A stretch of DNA of 64,000 nt from Candidatus Latescibacterota bacterium (GTDB lineage Bacteria > Latescibacterota > UBA2968 > UBA8231), in assembly GCA_965223905.1 (NCBI GenBank), contig CBDCXV010000002.1:576001-640000 (forward strand), written 5' to 3'. The notes under the pieces were generated by a model. It saw only the letters and a list, made by a program, of their open reading frames with translations. It searched no databases and was not told where the DNA came from. Made by a program: the position numbers and the translations under genes. Below, in pieces: positions 1 to 9,672 of this stretch. Position 1 is the first letter of the stretch, and every line of letters begins with the position of its first letter.

Positions 1-267
1 GAGGGGGTGCTGGCCGAAGGAGAGAAGGAAGTGCACTTCTCCGCCAGCCTGCACGGGACTGCGCCGATCGAGCGGGTGGAGATCATCGCCGGCGGGCAGT
101 GCGTCTGGCAGGACGCGCCCGATTCCTGGGACGTGGAGATCGCCGGGGCCGAGCTGCCGGCGCCGGAAGGGACGGGGTCCTGCTACTACCTGAGGCTGCG
201 GCAGAAGGACGGGCACCGGGCGTGGTTGAGCCCGGTGTGGCTCGACCGGGAGAACGGGGCGCGGTGA
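1..267 (+). CDS. C-terminal end of a DUF3604/CehA-McbA-like metallohydrolase-type protein (partial at window edge)
   Basis: Ends ...YYLRLRQKDGHRAWLSPVWL, the typical C-terminal strand motif of this group. Confidence 0.6.
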   Translation, partial: EGVLAEGEKEVHFSASLHGTAPIERVEIIAGGQCVWQDAPDSWDVEIAGAELPAPEGTGSCYYLRLRQKDGHRAWLSPVWLDRENGAR

Positions 268-458
268 ACGGCAGGAGCCGGGCCGGCATACAGCCAGGTG
301 TACGCGTTGCCATAGTGCAGAAGCAGGACCAGGGCACGGGCCGTCTGACCGAGGGGGTCGTGCGGGATATCCTCACCCGGTCGGCGTCGCATCCGCACGG
401 GATAAAGGTGCGCCTCGAGACCGGCGAAGTCGGCAGGGTCAGACAGGTGAGCCGGTAG
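264..458 (+). CDS. YwbE family (DUF2196) small protein
   Basis: GTGA overlap with upstream stop; VQKQDQGTGRLTEGVVRDILTRSASHPHGIKVRL is the family motif. Confidence 0.85.
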   Translation: MNGRSRAGIQPGVRVAIVQKQDQGTGRLTEGVVRDILTRSASHPHGIKVRLETGEVGRVRQVSR

Positions 459-545
459 AAACGGCCGCCTTGCAAAGGGCGGGATTTCGCGTCATGCAGC
501 GCCGGCCGAATTCACGCGGAATTGCGCCCGCAGGCACTGGCTCTC

Positions 546-2693
546 TTACGGCGCCGTCGAGAGCCGTTCCACCGTCTGGCCGCAGTCGATCAAGTCGGTG
601 CCCGTCATATCGAGGGTGCTGGTTTCATAAGCCTGCACACAACGGAACCCGTCCTCGATCGTGGCGCCGGACAGGTCGGCGTTTCCCGTTCTACCCACGC
701 GGATGCCATACCAGTTGGCATCGGAGGCTACGCCGGCTTCATCGGATGAACGAAAGGTGATGTTGCCGGCGCGAGCGTCGAGGGTGCCCTCGACGATGAG
801 CTCCGAACGGAGGTCGTCATTGCCGCCTCCGGTCTCATCCCCCGGGGCGAACGCCACGGTCGTTCCCGCAGACAGGGTCAATTTCACACCGGCAGGAATC
901 TTCACATCCCCGCTCAATGCGACGAGATCGTCCCAGGGTTCGAAGCGGAACAGCTTCCCCTCTCCCGGACCCAGGGATAGTGAAAAGGAAGGGGAAGGGC
1001 CGTTGCTGGTCGCTACCATCTCTTTGGTATGGAGATCCCTGACCAGGTAAGAATAGGCGGGGCCGTTCAATTCGGACGGATCCAGTTTGACGGTCACCGT
1101 CCGAGGCCTGGGAAAATAGGAGGGCTCGCAGCGGCGGTTGACGACCATCAGGTAACGCGTGCCATCCGCATGGGTAAAGGTGCCCAGGTGGTAGTCTGCC
1201 GGATCGGAGAGGCGCCGGACCAGGGATTCGGGAGCGTCGCCGCGGAAGACCGCGTCTGAAGTCAACTGCAACAGGGTATCGTCCAGTTCCTGCAGCATTT
1301 TGTTGAGGGCCTGCACTTCTCTCCATTTGGGGGTGATGCGGTAGTTTCCGTCTACCAGGCCCTGTATGTCGGCCCTGCCGTCGGCATTGGTATGGCTGGA
1401 ATACATGAAGTAGTAGATGCCCGTCACGCCGTGGGCGAGAACGAGATTGACCTGAACCCGGATTTCCTCCGGCGTCGGGTCGTGGAAGCGGTTGGGGATG
1501 CCAAATGCCTGGATAATCGCCCAAAGAGGTATGCCGGCACCCTTTGCCACCTCCCGTGCGCGTCCATACAAGGTGACGAATCTATCCAGGGAACTCTGCA
1601 GGCGGGTCGCATATCTTGCCTTACCGGGCCTCGGCAGGGAAGGCCCCAAAGTATAGAAATCAACCAGGAATTCCGAAGGGAAAACCGTGCCCACGAAATG
1701 CCGCATGAAATCCTTGCGGGTCTCGTGGAACGCCACCACCCCCGACTTGCCGGTCTGCGCCTTTATCAATTCGTTCACATAGGCGATGCTCTCGTCCTTT
1801 TCCGTCCACCGGGGCTCATCGTCCGCGTAGAAGCGCCAGGGTTGGTCGACCGATATGCCGTCATATGAGGCCAGGTCGTTCACGATATCGGCGTCATAGT
1901 ATCCGGAGAAGAGCCTGTAGCCGTATTGGTCGTGGGCCCTGATCCTGTCCACCCAGAGGTTCCCTGTCCCGCTCCAGTCGATCTGGTAGCGCACCCAGTC
2001 GCCGCTGCGAGGCACGGAATAGCGGATCAGGAAATCCTGGTAGGTATCGACGGCGCGAAACTCCAGTTTTCGCACATCCCGCGTGCGCAATACCGTGCCG
2101 TCGGAATGCCTGAGGATTCTGAGAGTGGCGATCGGGTCCGGGCCGCTGTTGTCGTCCGTCTTCAGGCGGAAGACATGTATCCCGTGGCGCGCCCTGTTTT
2201 CAACTACTTGCCCCCGGTCATTCAGTTTCTGTTCCCTGTAACGCAGGAAAATCCCGGAGCCCTCCGGGGGGGTGTCGAGAAGGAGGCCCGGGGTGTGATC
2301 TGCCGTATTCGCATGCCAGGCATCTCCGTCCTGCGTTCCGACAGGATGGGTGAACCTCCTGTTCTCCGCTTCCACGGTCTTGGTCCAATAGGTTCGGGTT
2401 CGGGTCCGCCAGGTTGGAGGCATATTCCAGTTGTACAACTGAACATTCAGTCCCCGCTGGTGCGCCAGGTCCAGGAAGACGCCATTGACCGACGCATCGT
2501 TTCTTCCTTCGAGAGCGGCGTGGATGGTGTTGAAGTTGGCATCGACTACCTGGTCGAGCCGCGCGGCAAACTGTGCCGATTGATTGTTGAACAGGCCCGG
2601 AAACCAGGCCCCGATGGGAAATTCCTGCGCAAGACCCAACCTGTGACAAAAGAAAACAAGGGCCGAAAAAAGCAGGATTTGATGGGCCTTCAC
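546..2693 (-). CDS. Secreted glycoside-hydrolase-like (TIM barrel) protein with C-terminal beta-helix-like module
   Basis: GTG at 2693 overlaps the upstream stop; signal peptide; FPIGAW, DEP and PTPEEIRVQVNLVLAHGVTGIYYF motifs; C-terminal GDVxIP..LTL..G..V.F...LIVEGTL...WYGI module. Confidence 0.65.
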   Translation of the reverse strand: MKAHQILLFSALVFFCHRLGLAQEFPIGAWFPGLFNNQSAQFAARLDQVVDANFNTIHAALEGRNDASVNGVFLDLAHQRGLNVQLYNWNMPPTWRTRTRTYWTKTVEAENRRFTHPVGTQDGDAWHANTADHTPGLLLDTPPEGSGIFLRYREQKLNDRGQVVENRARHGIHVFRLKTDDNSGPDPIATLRILRHSDGTVLRTRDVRKLEFRAVDTYQDFLIRYSVPRSGDWVRYQIDWSGTGNLWVDRIRAHDQYGYRLFSGYYDADIVNDLASYDGISVDQPWRFYADDEPRWTEKDESIAYVNELIKAQTGKSGVVAFHETRKDFMRHFVGTVFPSEFLVDFYTLGPSLPRPGKARYATRLQSSLDRFVTLYGRAREVAKGAGIPLWAIIQAFGIPNRFHDPTPEEIRVQVNLVLAHGVTGIYYFMYSSHTNADGRADIQGLVDGNYRITPKWREVQALNKMLQELDDTLLQLTSDAVFRGDAPESLVRRLSDPADYHLGTFTHADGTRYLMVVNRRCEPSYFPRPRTVTVKLDPSELNGPAYSYLVRDLHTKEMVATSNGPSPSFSLSLGPGEGKLFRFEPWDDLVALSGDVKIPAGVKLTLSAGTTVAFAPGDETGGGNDDLRSELIVEGTLDARAGNITFRSSDEAGVASDANWYGIRVGRTGNADLSGATIEDGFRCVQAYETSTLDMTGTDLIDCGQTVERLSTAP

Positions 2694-3463
2694 TCTAGTT
2701 CTCCATTTGCTTGATCGCTCTTGATGCTTCCCCATAGTCGGGGCTCGACAACAGTCGAGATGCGCACCTCCACGGGGCCCCATGGGACTTCGAAATAGGT
2801 ATCTCCGTCCGGGACGAAATCGTGCGAACCGTTTTTAGTGGTTTTGGCCGTCCACTTGAAGTTGAAATACCCTCTTTCTTCTTCTTCCAGAGTGTCTCCG
2901 GGACTGCCCAACGCCGACCAGGGGACAGCCCCTTCCAGCCATTGACCCGACAGCGCTACCTCCACTTCAGTCAGATCCTCGCCTTCGGTGACAACCCATT
3001 GATCTCCGACGAGACGGCGGTAAACCTCTTTGGTGAGCCCCCCATTCCGGCCGACGATTTCGATTCGATGATCCGGGAGAAACCCGACCCAGGGCGGCGT
3101 GGCCTCGCCAAGGGTCGAATCGGCCGACACGTCGAAGAACAGCTCCACCGAAGTCTGGGCCGAATCCTGAAAGGGATCCTCCAGAAACCTGAAAATGAAG
3201 GCGAACAGCTCCTCCGTTCCGTTCGCATCGTCCCGGCGGAAAGAACCGAGTCCATAGCCGTAGGTAATGATATCAATGCTGCTGTTGGTATCGGGGGTGA
3301 CATCGTAAAATTCATCCCCCTCCGCGGGACCGCCCCGTCCCCAATCTCCCCAGTCTCCGTCGACGACGAACTCCGAGGTATCCTGGGCATGGGCCGTATC
3401 GGTGCCATTTCCCGGCATGAGGGCGCAGACCGAACCGAAGAGCAGGTTCCATATCACGCGCAT
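2690..3463 (-). CDS. Secreted DOMON/CBM9-like protein with C-terminal WGxIK tail
   Basis: RBS GAAAGGA before ATG 3463; signal peptide; VDGDWGDW...LEGAVPWSALG; ends STVVEPRLWGSIK. Confidence 0.65.
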   Translation of the reverse strand: MRVIWNLLFGSVCALMPGNGTDTAHAQDTSEFVVDGDWGDWGRGGPAEGDEFYDVTPDTNSSIDIITYGYGLGSFRRDDANGTEELFAFIFRFLEDPFQDSAQTSVELFFDVSADSTLGEATPPWVGFLPDHRIEIVGRNGGLTKEVYRRLVGDQWVVTEGEDLTEVEVALSGQWLEGAVPWSALGSPGDTLEEEERGYFNFKWTAKTTKNGSHDFVPDGDTYFEVPWGPVEVRISTVVEPRLWGSIKSDQANGELE

Positions 3464-3614
3464 GGCAGGAGTCCTTTCAGTGAGAATGAGCTGTTGCGGC
3501 TCTGCATCCGGTTTCGGCCGTTTCAAGGCAGACCGAAAAGTACTGCGCACTATTGAGAAGGTTTCACGCTGTCCCGGCCTTCATACACCGGGGTCGGTCA
3601 AGACCGATGGAAAA

Positions 3615-5231
3615 CTACTTGAGATAGATCAGTCTCCGCGTCTGCTCCCCGCCGGGCCAGGTCAGGCGGGTGAAATAGATCCCCGCTGCGACCGCGGCCC
3701 CCCGCCGATCGCGCGCATCCCAGGAGACCCGGTACGCGCCCGCGGCCTGGGTCTCGTCAACCAGCGTATGTACCTGTTGCCCCAGGAGGTTGTAGATCTC
3801 CAGCCGCACCGGACCGGAGGCGGCCAGGCGGTAGGCGATGCGGGTGCCGGCGTTGAATGGGTTGGGCGTGTTGGGATGCAGCTCGCTGGCAACCAATCCT
3901 TCCGGCGCCGCGACCTTGGCCGCGGCCAGCGGTTCGACCGACACCACCTGCATGCCGCCACCCAGGGTCAGTTCCAGGAACTGGCGCTCGTCGCTGTTGA
4001 GAGGAATGCTGTGCCACTGGCCCACCACCTTTCCGGCGGCGGTGAGGGCGCGGGCCTCGTAGAAGCCGCTGACGCCGGGGAAGAGGGTCAGTTCCAGCCG
4101 CCCCGCCGTGTCGGTGACGGCCCTCCAGACGTAGTGGCGGCGGCGTCCGGCGATGGCCCGGGAAAACTCGACGGTCAGCCCCTCGACCATGCCGCCCAGG
4201 ACCGCGGCCTCCACTTTGGTGCGGGGCGCCAGATCCCACAGCACTACCGAGAAATGACTGCTCTCGCTCCCACTCCTGCTCCTGCTGCCGCTGGCCAGGG
4301 TGTTGCCATCCGGGGAGAACGCCACCGAAGAGACCCAGCTCTCATGTCCATCGAGGGCAAGGGTGGCCCTGAGCTGTCCGGTCTCCACGTCCCACAGCCG
4401 GATCGCGAGGTCGTGAGCGCTGGCCAGGGTATTGCCGTCCGGCGCGAACGCCAGGGACCATACCCATTCCGCAGGTCCCTCCGCCGTATATCCCTCCCAG
4501 GTAGTCTCCGGATCTCCGGTGCCTGCGTCCCAGAACCGGATCGTCCCGTCCCAGCTGCCGCTGGCCAGGGTCTTGCCGTCCGGCGAGAACGCAACCGCCT
4601 GGATCCAACCTGTATGCCCCTCCAGGGTATTCCTGAGCTGCCCGGTGCCCGCATCCCACAACCGGATCGTATAGTCCCCGCCGGCACTGGCCAGGGTTTT
4701 GCGGTCGGGAGAGAATGCAAGGGCCTCGACCTCCCCTGTATGTTCCTCCAGGGTATTCCTGAGCTGTCCGGTCCTGACCTCCCATAACCGGATGGCGTGG
4801 TCCCTGCCGCCGCTGGCCAGGGTCTTGCCGTCCGGGGAGAACGCCAGGGAACGGACGAAACCCGCAGGGCCGTCAAGGGTGGCCTTGAGCTTTCCCGTGC
4901 TGACCTTCCACAACCGGATTTCCCCACCACTTTCTCCGGCGAGGGTCCTGCTGCCGGGTGCGAACGCCACCGATCGGACGAACCCTGAACCAAGGCGGGC
5001 CTTGAGTCGGCCGGTCCGTGCACTGTAGAGCCAGATACCGATGGTGCTGGGCGCCGCCAGCCAGGCGCCATTGGGCGAATAGGCGATTTCACCGGTAAGT
5101 ACCGCTTCGCCAAAGCGTGCTCTGGTGCCATTGGGTAAAACCAGGCGGGAATGCTCCCTGGCGAGGCTGTCCTCCATGAACACGCAGGACAGCAACAGGA
5201 AGGTGAGATGGAACAACCGGGTCGTTTTCAT
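3615..5231 (-). CDS. Secreted WD40-repeat protein with C-terminal FlgD-Ig (T9SS-sorting-like) domain
   Basis: Signal peptide; about six LAFSPDGKTLASG..D..IRLW repeats; PNPFN...LEIYNLLGQ...WDARD..G..VAAGIY tail. Confidence 0.9.
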   Translation of the reverse strand: MKTTRLFHLTFLLLSCVFMEDSLAREHSRLVLPNGTRARFGEAVLTGEIAYSPNGAWLAAPSTIGIWLYSARTGRLKARLGSGFVRSVAFAPGSRTLAGESGGEIRLWKVSTGKLKATLDGPAGFVRSLAFSPDGKTLASGGRDHAIRLWEVRTGQLRNTLEEHTGEVEALAFSPDRKTLASAGGDYTIRLWDAGTGQLRNTLEGHTGWIQAVAFSPDGKTLASGSWDGTIRFWDAGTGDPETTWEGYTAEGPAEWVWSLAFAPDGNTLASAHDLAIRLWDVETGQLRATLALDGHESWVSSVAFSPDGNTLASGSRSRSGSESSHFSVVLWDLAPRTKVEAAVLGGMVEGLTVEFSRAIAGRRRHYVWRAVTDTAGRLELTLFPGVSGFYEARALTAAGKVVGQWHSIPLNSDERQFLELTLGGGMQVVSVEPLAAAKVAAPEGLVASELHPNTPNPFNAGTRIAYRLAASGPVRLEIYNLLGQQVHTLVDETQAAGAYRVSWDARDRRGAAVAAGIYFTRLTWPGGEQTRRLIYLK

Positions 5232-5567
5232 CCGAAGACGCTCAACATGCGAATGCTGTTTCAGGGGGACCTGGAGTTGACCCGGTTCCCTGGACACTCA
5301 ATTTCTCGAAAAAGTGGACGACTTCGATCATCTCCTGGCCCGGTCACGATCGCCGGGGACTTCAAGCGCCAGCTCGCCCGACTCGAAGCGTGTCGTAGTC
5401 GCTTAGGGCAGCCGCGGGAAGCGCGATCTGCAGGCGGGAGAGGTCCGTGGTTTTTCAGTCACTCCCAGCCGGCCCGAAGGCGGCCGATCTGTTGGTTTCC
5501 CTGTGTCGTTTCGGGGGTTGCTGAAAGCTACGCCATCCCTCCATCCGGTAAAAACCGAGGCCCTGAA

Positions 5568-5730
5568 ATGACCCCTCCCGTGCCCCTCAACTCCGGCGGG
5601 GCCGCCATCCAGACCACCAACCTCGCTGTCAGCAGCGACGGCATCCGCTTCGAGCAGCCGGAGCTGGGGTTGGTGGAGTTCAACGGCACGCGCAGGAACA
5701 ACGTCGAATCTCTCAGGGCTCCGGACAACT
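5568..5730 (+). pseudogene. Remnant of a beta-propeller glycosidase-like gene
   Basis: AVSSDGIRFEQPELGLVEFNGTRRNN motif with no surrounding full-length gene. Confidence 0.4.
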
Positions 5731-5788
5731 ACCGGGGAGCTGCCGCCACGAATCCTCCCCGCCGAAGAAGTGAGAAAGACAGGACGAA

Positions 5789-6760
5789 ATGCCTGATTTG
5801 CCGGCCATTCAGGTCGAGACCTTGACCACCGTCCGCAAGGACGACAACCACAACGCCTTCACCGACCTGTGTGTCTACTCGGGCAGGTACTACCTGACCT
5901 TCCGGAGCTGCCCCGACGGCCACCGGGTCTCGAGCTCCGCTTGGGTCGTCGTCCTCGAGAGCGGCGACGGCCGCAGTTGGTCGGAGGCGTTCACCTTTTC
6001 AGTCCCCGGTCGCGACACCCGCGACCCCCACTTCCTCGTCTTCGGGGGGTCGCTGTTCGTCTACACCGGCACCTGGCTGCTGCACGAGGCGGGCGTTCCC
6101 CTGAACCTCAACGAACATCTCGGGTACGCGGCCTGGACCGCGGACGGTTCCGAGTGGAACGGGCCGGCGCAACTGGAGGGGACGTACGGCCATTACGTCT
6201 GGAGGGCGGCTTCCCACGGCGACCGCGCCTTTCTGTGCGGGCGCAGGCGCCGCGGCTATGGGTCCGGCATTGAGGACGAGCAGCAACCCGAGTCGATCGA
6301 GTCGGCGATGCTCGAAAGCAGCGACGGCCTGGTGTGGTCCTTCCGCTCCCTCTTCGCCCGGGATTTCGGCGATGAAACCGCGTTCCTGTTCGAGGAGGAC
6401 GGCTCCGCCGTGGCCCTGGTTCGCGACGGCTCCGGAAAGCGGGTCCGCATCTGCCGGTCCGCGCCGCCCTGGAAGGCCTGGACGTCCGCATGCCTAGAGC
6501 GCAATGTCGGCGGCCCCCTGCTGGCGCGATGGGGGGGCCGCTACCTCGTGGGAGGACGCAAGAGCATGGGGGACACCGCGGCGACCTCGCTCTGGTGGCT
6601 GCACGGGGAGGCGTTGCACGAAGCCGCGGAGCTGCCGAGCGGCGGCGACAGCTCTTATCCCGGGTTCGTGGCGCTGAGCGAGGAGCGGGGACTGCTGTCC
6701 TACTACTCGACCCACGAAGGCAGCACCGCCGTCTACCTCGCGGAGCTGTCGTGGCGTTAG
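5789..6760 (+). CDS. BNR/Asp-box exo-alpha-sialidase-like protein
   Basis: HNAFTDL, SGDGRSW, RDP, SSDGLVW, LPSGGDSSYPG, SYYSTHEG. Confidence 0.8.
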   Translation: MPDLPAIQVETLTTVRKDDNHNAFTDLCVYSGRYYLTFRSCPDGHRVSSSAWVVVLESGDGRSWSEAFTFSVPGRDTRDPHFLVFGGSLFVYTGTWLLHEAGVPLNLNEHLGYAAWTADGSEWNGPAQLEGTYGHYVWRAASHGDRAFLCGRRRRGYGSGIEDEQQPESIESAMLESSDGLVWSFRSLFARDFGDETAFLFEEDGSAVALVRDGSGKRVRICRSAPPWKAWTSACLERNVGGPLLARWGGRYLVGGRKSMGDTAATSLWWLHGEALHEAAELPSGGDSSYPGFVALSEERGLLSYYSTHEGSTAVYLAELSWR

Positions 6761-7055
6761 TGCCTGCGCGCGGAAGCAAGCGTACGAACGAGGGCGAGGA
6801 ACTACGCCCCTGCACCGAATGCGCCCGGCTCGCAAGGCGCCTGAACGAGTCGTACCGGGGATGCAGCGGCGACCGAATTCACGCGGAACGGTCCGCCCCG
6901 GATGATCCGCATCTGCTCGGATCCGCCGCAGCAGGAAGCCAGGAACTCGGGGGTATGGACCCCCGGATCGGGCGCCGTCATGCCCAGGCCGGCGTAGTCG
7001 ACGGCGCCCCACCGGCCGGTCGAGCGGGGGGCCGGGCGGCCCTATTTTCCTCCCC

Positions 7056-7982
7056 ATGAAGAACCTCTCCACGGAGCCGATCCGCGGCCGGCGGGTGTGG
7101 ACCGCGGCAACCATCGACGACGCCTCGGCCTGGACCACCGCCCTGAGCAACGAGTCCCTCGACGAGCTCGAGGCGCACGTCGGCGGCGAGGACACGGCGC
7201 CCCCGAGCCTCTCCCGTCCTCACCTGCCTCGTTGCGCCGAGCAGCTGGCCCCGGCGCGCGAGGAGCTGGATCGGGGCCGCGGCTTCGCCCTCGTGGAACG
7301 CCTCGACGAGGCCCGCTTCGGCCGCGGGACCGTGGCCGCGTACTGGGCCCTGGGCCGGCTCCTCGGACGGCCCTTCGCCCAGGACACGGCCGGCAACCTG
7401 CTCTACGACGTGCGCGACACCGGCCGCTCCGTGGCCGACGGCGCCCGCTTCTCCGTGACCCGCGCCGAGAGCACCTTCCACACCGACAACGCCTTCAACG
7501 AGCAGCTGCCGGACTTCGTCGGGCTCCTCTGCCGGCGCGCCGCCCTCGAGGGCGGACGGAGCCAGCTCATCAACGCCATGGCCCTCTACAACGAGCTGCT
7601 GGGCTCCGTCGATCCGGAGACCCTGCACGGGGCCTTCTGGTTCGACCGGCGCGGCCAGGAGGGACGGGAGGAGCCCCCCATCGCCCGCCGCCGGATCTTC
7701 ACCCGGAACGGCGACGAGCTGTCCATGCGCTACATGGCCTACTACATCGAGGTCGGCCAGGAGCGGGCGGGCGAGGCCCTGACCCCCGCCCAGGCCCGCT
7801 TCCTCGAGGCCGTGGAGGAGGTCCTGGCGCGCCCCGGGATGCGCGTGGAGTTCGACCTGGGGCAGGGGCAGATGTTGTTCACCAACAACCACTGGATCCT
7901 GCACAACCGCACGGCCTTCACCGATCACCCGGAGGCCGCGGACCGGCGGCATTGCGTGCGGCTGTGGCTGCGCCGCAACTGA
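7056..7982 (+). CDS. TauD/TfdA family 2OG-Fe(II) dioxygenase
   Basis: GRGF, FHTD (HxD), GGRSQL, NNHWILHNRTAF, R.W motifs. Confidence 0.9.
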   Translation: MKNLSTEPIRGRRVWTAATIDDASAWTTALSNESLDELEAHVGGEDTAPPSLSRPHLPRCAEQLAPAREELDRGRGFALVERLDEARFGRGTVAAYWALGRLLGRPFAQDTAGNLLYDVRDTGRSVADGARFSVTRAESTFHTDNAFNEQLPDFVGLLCRRAALEGGRSQLINAMALYNELLGSVDPETLHGAFWFDRRGQEGREEPPIARRRIFTRNGDELSMRYMAYYIEVGQERAGEALTPAQARFLEAVEEVLARPGMRVEFDLGQGQMLFTNNHWILHNRTAFTDHPEAADRRHCVRLWLRRN

Positions 7983-7984
7983 GC

Positions 7985-9430
7985 GTGCCGTCCCGGACCC
8001 CCTTCCATCCCGACCCGTCCCTGCTGCGCCGCCTCGGCGGCGAGGCGGGCGTGCACCGCCTCATCGACGCCTTCTACGACGCCGTGGCCGGCGACGAGGA
8101 GCTGAGGCCGCTGTTTCACGAGTTCCACCTGCGTCGCGGACGGGAGCGGGTGAAGGCTTTCTTCGTCGAGTGGCTGGGGGGGCCGCCGGGTTACTACCGC
8201 ACCGCCCGCATGGGTATGCGCCGCTTCCACGACCACCTGTTCATATCGCCGCGTCTCTCCGAGCGCTGGCTGGGGCGGTTCGGCGGGGCCCTGCGGGAGG
8301 TGGGGGCCCCGGACGCCGCCGCGGCCGAGGTGATGGCCGCCCTGCGCCGCTTGGCCGACCACGTGGTCAACGACCTGGAAGAGCGCCGGCCCCTGCTGCC
8401 GGGCGGCGGCCTGAGCTGCGTGCGCTCCCGGCTCTTCCGCGAGCCCCTGGCCCGCGTCGCCGCCGGCGACCTGCCGGGCCTGCGCGCCATCCTCGAGGGC
8501 GACCCCCTGCTGCCGCGGGTGAGCGGCCCCGGGGGCCGCACCCTGCTGTGGGAGGCGGCCTGGCGCGGCCGGCTGGAGATCGCCCGGTTTCTCCTCGACC
8601 GCGGCGCCGATCCCTGCGAGCCGGGCCTGGCCGCAACGGCCTCCCGCCTCGACGCCGTCGGCTCCGACCTCATGGTGACCCCCCTGTGCGCGGCCCTGTG
8701 GCGGGGCCGCCGCGAGACCGCGGAGCTGCTGCTTGCCCGCGGCGCCGAGGTGCGCCCCCACAGCCGCGGCCTGCTCGACCGCGCCGCCCGCCTCCAGCGC
8801 GTCGACCTCGTGAGGCTGCTGCTCGATCACGGCGCCGACCCGGCGCGGGTGATCCCCGGCCCCTGGGTCGTCGACCGCGCCATCGCCAGGCTGCTGGCCC
8901 CGAGCGCCGCCAACCTCGGGCACTCGCGCTGGGTGCGCCTCTCCTGCTCCGCCGACATCCGCAGCCGCCGCGGCGCCGCTCCCCTGGCCCGGGCCTTCCT
9001 CGACTTCGGCGCCGACGTCAACGCCCGGCAGGCGGACGGACGCTACCCGCTGCACGCCGCGGCCAAGGCCGGATTCCTCGAGACCATCGAGCTGTTCGTC
9101 CACCGCGGCGCCCATGTCGACGCCCGGGACGCGCAGGGGGAGACCCCCCTTCACTACACCCTCAAGGGGGGCCGGCGCGCCGACGCGATCGCCGCCATGC
9201 AACTGCTGCTGGAGGCCGGCGCCGCCGGCGACTTGGGCGCCACGGTCCTGCACCGGGCCGCGGCCCGGCGCGACGCCGACGCGGTGGCCTTCCTGTTGTT
9301 GGAGGGGGCCGACCCCGACCGGAGGGACCGGCGCGGCCGTAACCCCCAGGACGCGCTGCACGCCGGCCGCGGCACCCCGGACCCCGCCCTCGTTCGGCTG
9401 CTGTCGGAATTCTCCGCCCCGCCCGCCTGA
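7985..9430 (+). CDS. Group II truncated hemoglobin fused to ankyrin repeats
   Basis: LGGEAGVHRLIDAFYD...LRPLF...EWLGGPPGY...MRRFH...RWL, followed by several ankyrin repeats (GRTLLWEAA, TPLCAA, YPLHAAAKAG, GETPLH). Confidence 0.8.
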   Translation: MPSRTPFHPDPSLLRRLGGEAGVHRLIDAFYDAVAGDEELRPLFHEFHLRRGRERVKAFFVEWLGGPPGYYRTARMGMRRFHDHLFISPRLSERWLGRFGGALREVGAPDAAAAEVMAALRRLADHVVNDLEERRPLLPGGGLSCVRSRLFREPLARVAAGDLPGLRAILEGDPLLPRVSGPGGRTLLWEAAWRGRLEIARFLLDRGADPCEPGLAATASRLDAVGSDLMVTPLCAALWRGRRETAELLLARGAEVRPHSRGLLDRAARLQRVDLVRLLLDHGADPARVIPGPWVVDRAIARLLAPSAANLGHSRWVRLSCSADIRSRRGAAPLARAFLDFGADVNARQADGRYPLHAAAKAGFLETIELFVHRGAHVDARDAQGETPLHYTLKGGRRADAIAAMQLLLEAGAAGDLGATVLHRAAARRDADAVAFLLLEGADPDRRDRRGRNPQDALHAGRGTPDPALVRLLSEFSAPPA

Positions 9431-9672
9431 TCCGCCTCGTGCTCGAAGGCCCCTGCCGGCAGCTCTCCCGCGAATCCAGTCCGGCACCGGCGGGGCGAGC
9501 CTTGCCGTTGCGAAGAGAGTCGCGGAGACCGCCGCCCGCCTGGCAGTTCCGGGTACTTGCGGGCAGCCGCCGATTGGCGATCCTCTCGCCCGGGACCGCA
9601 TGCGGCGGCGTTCAGTTCCTCGGTGAAAGCCTCCCGGACGGCCTGCTTTTCCGATGAGACGGAGGATCCGAA

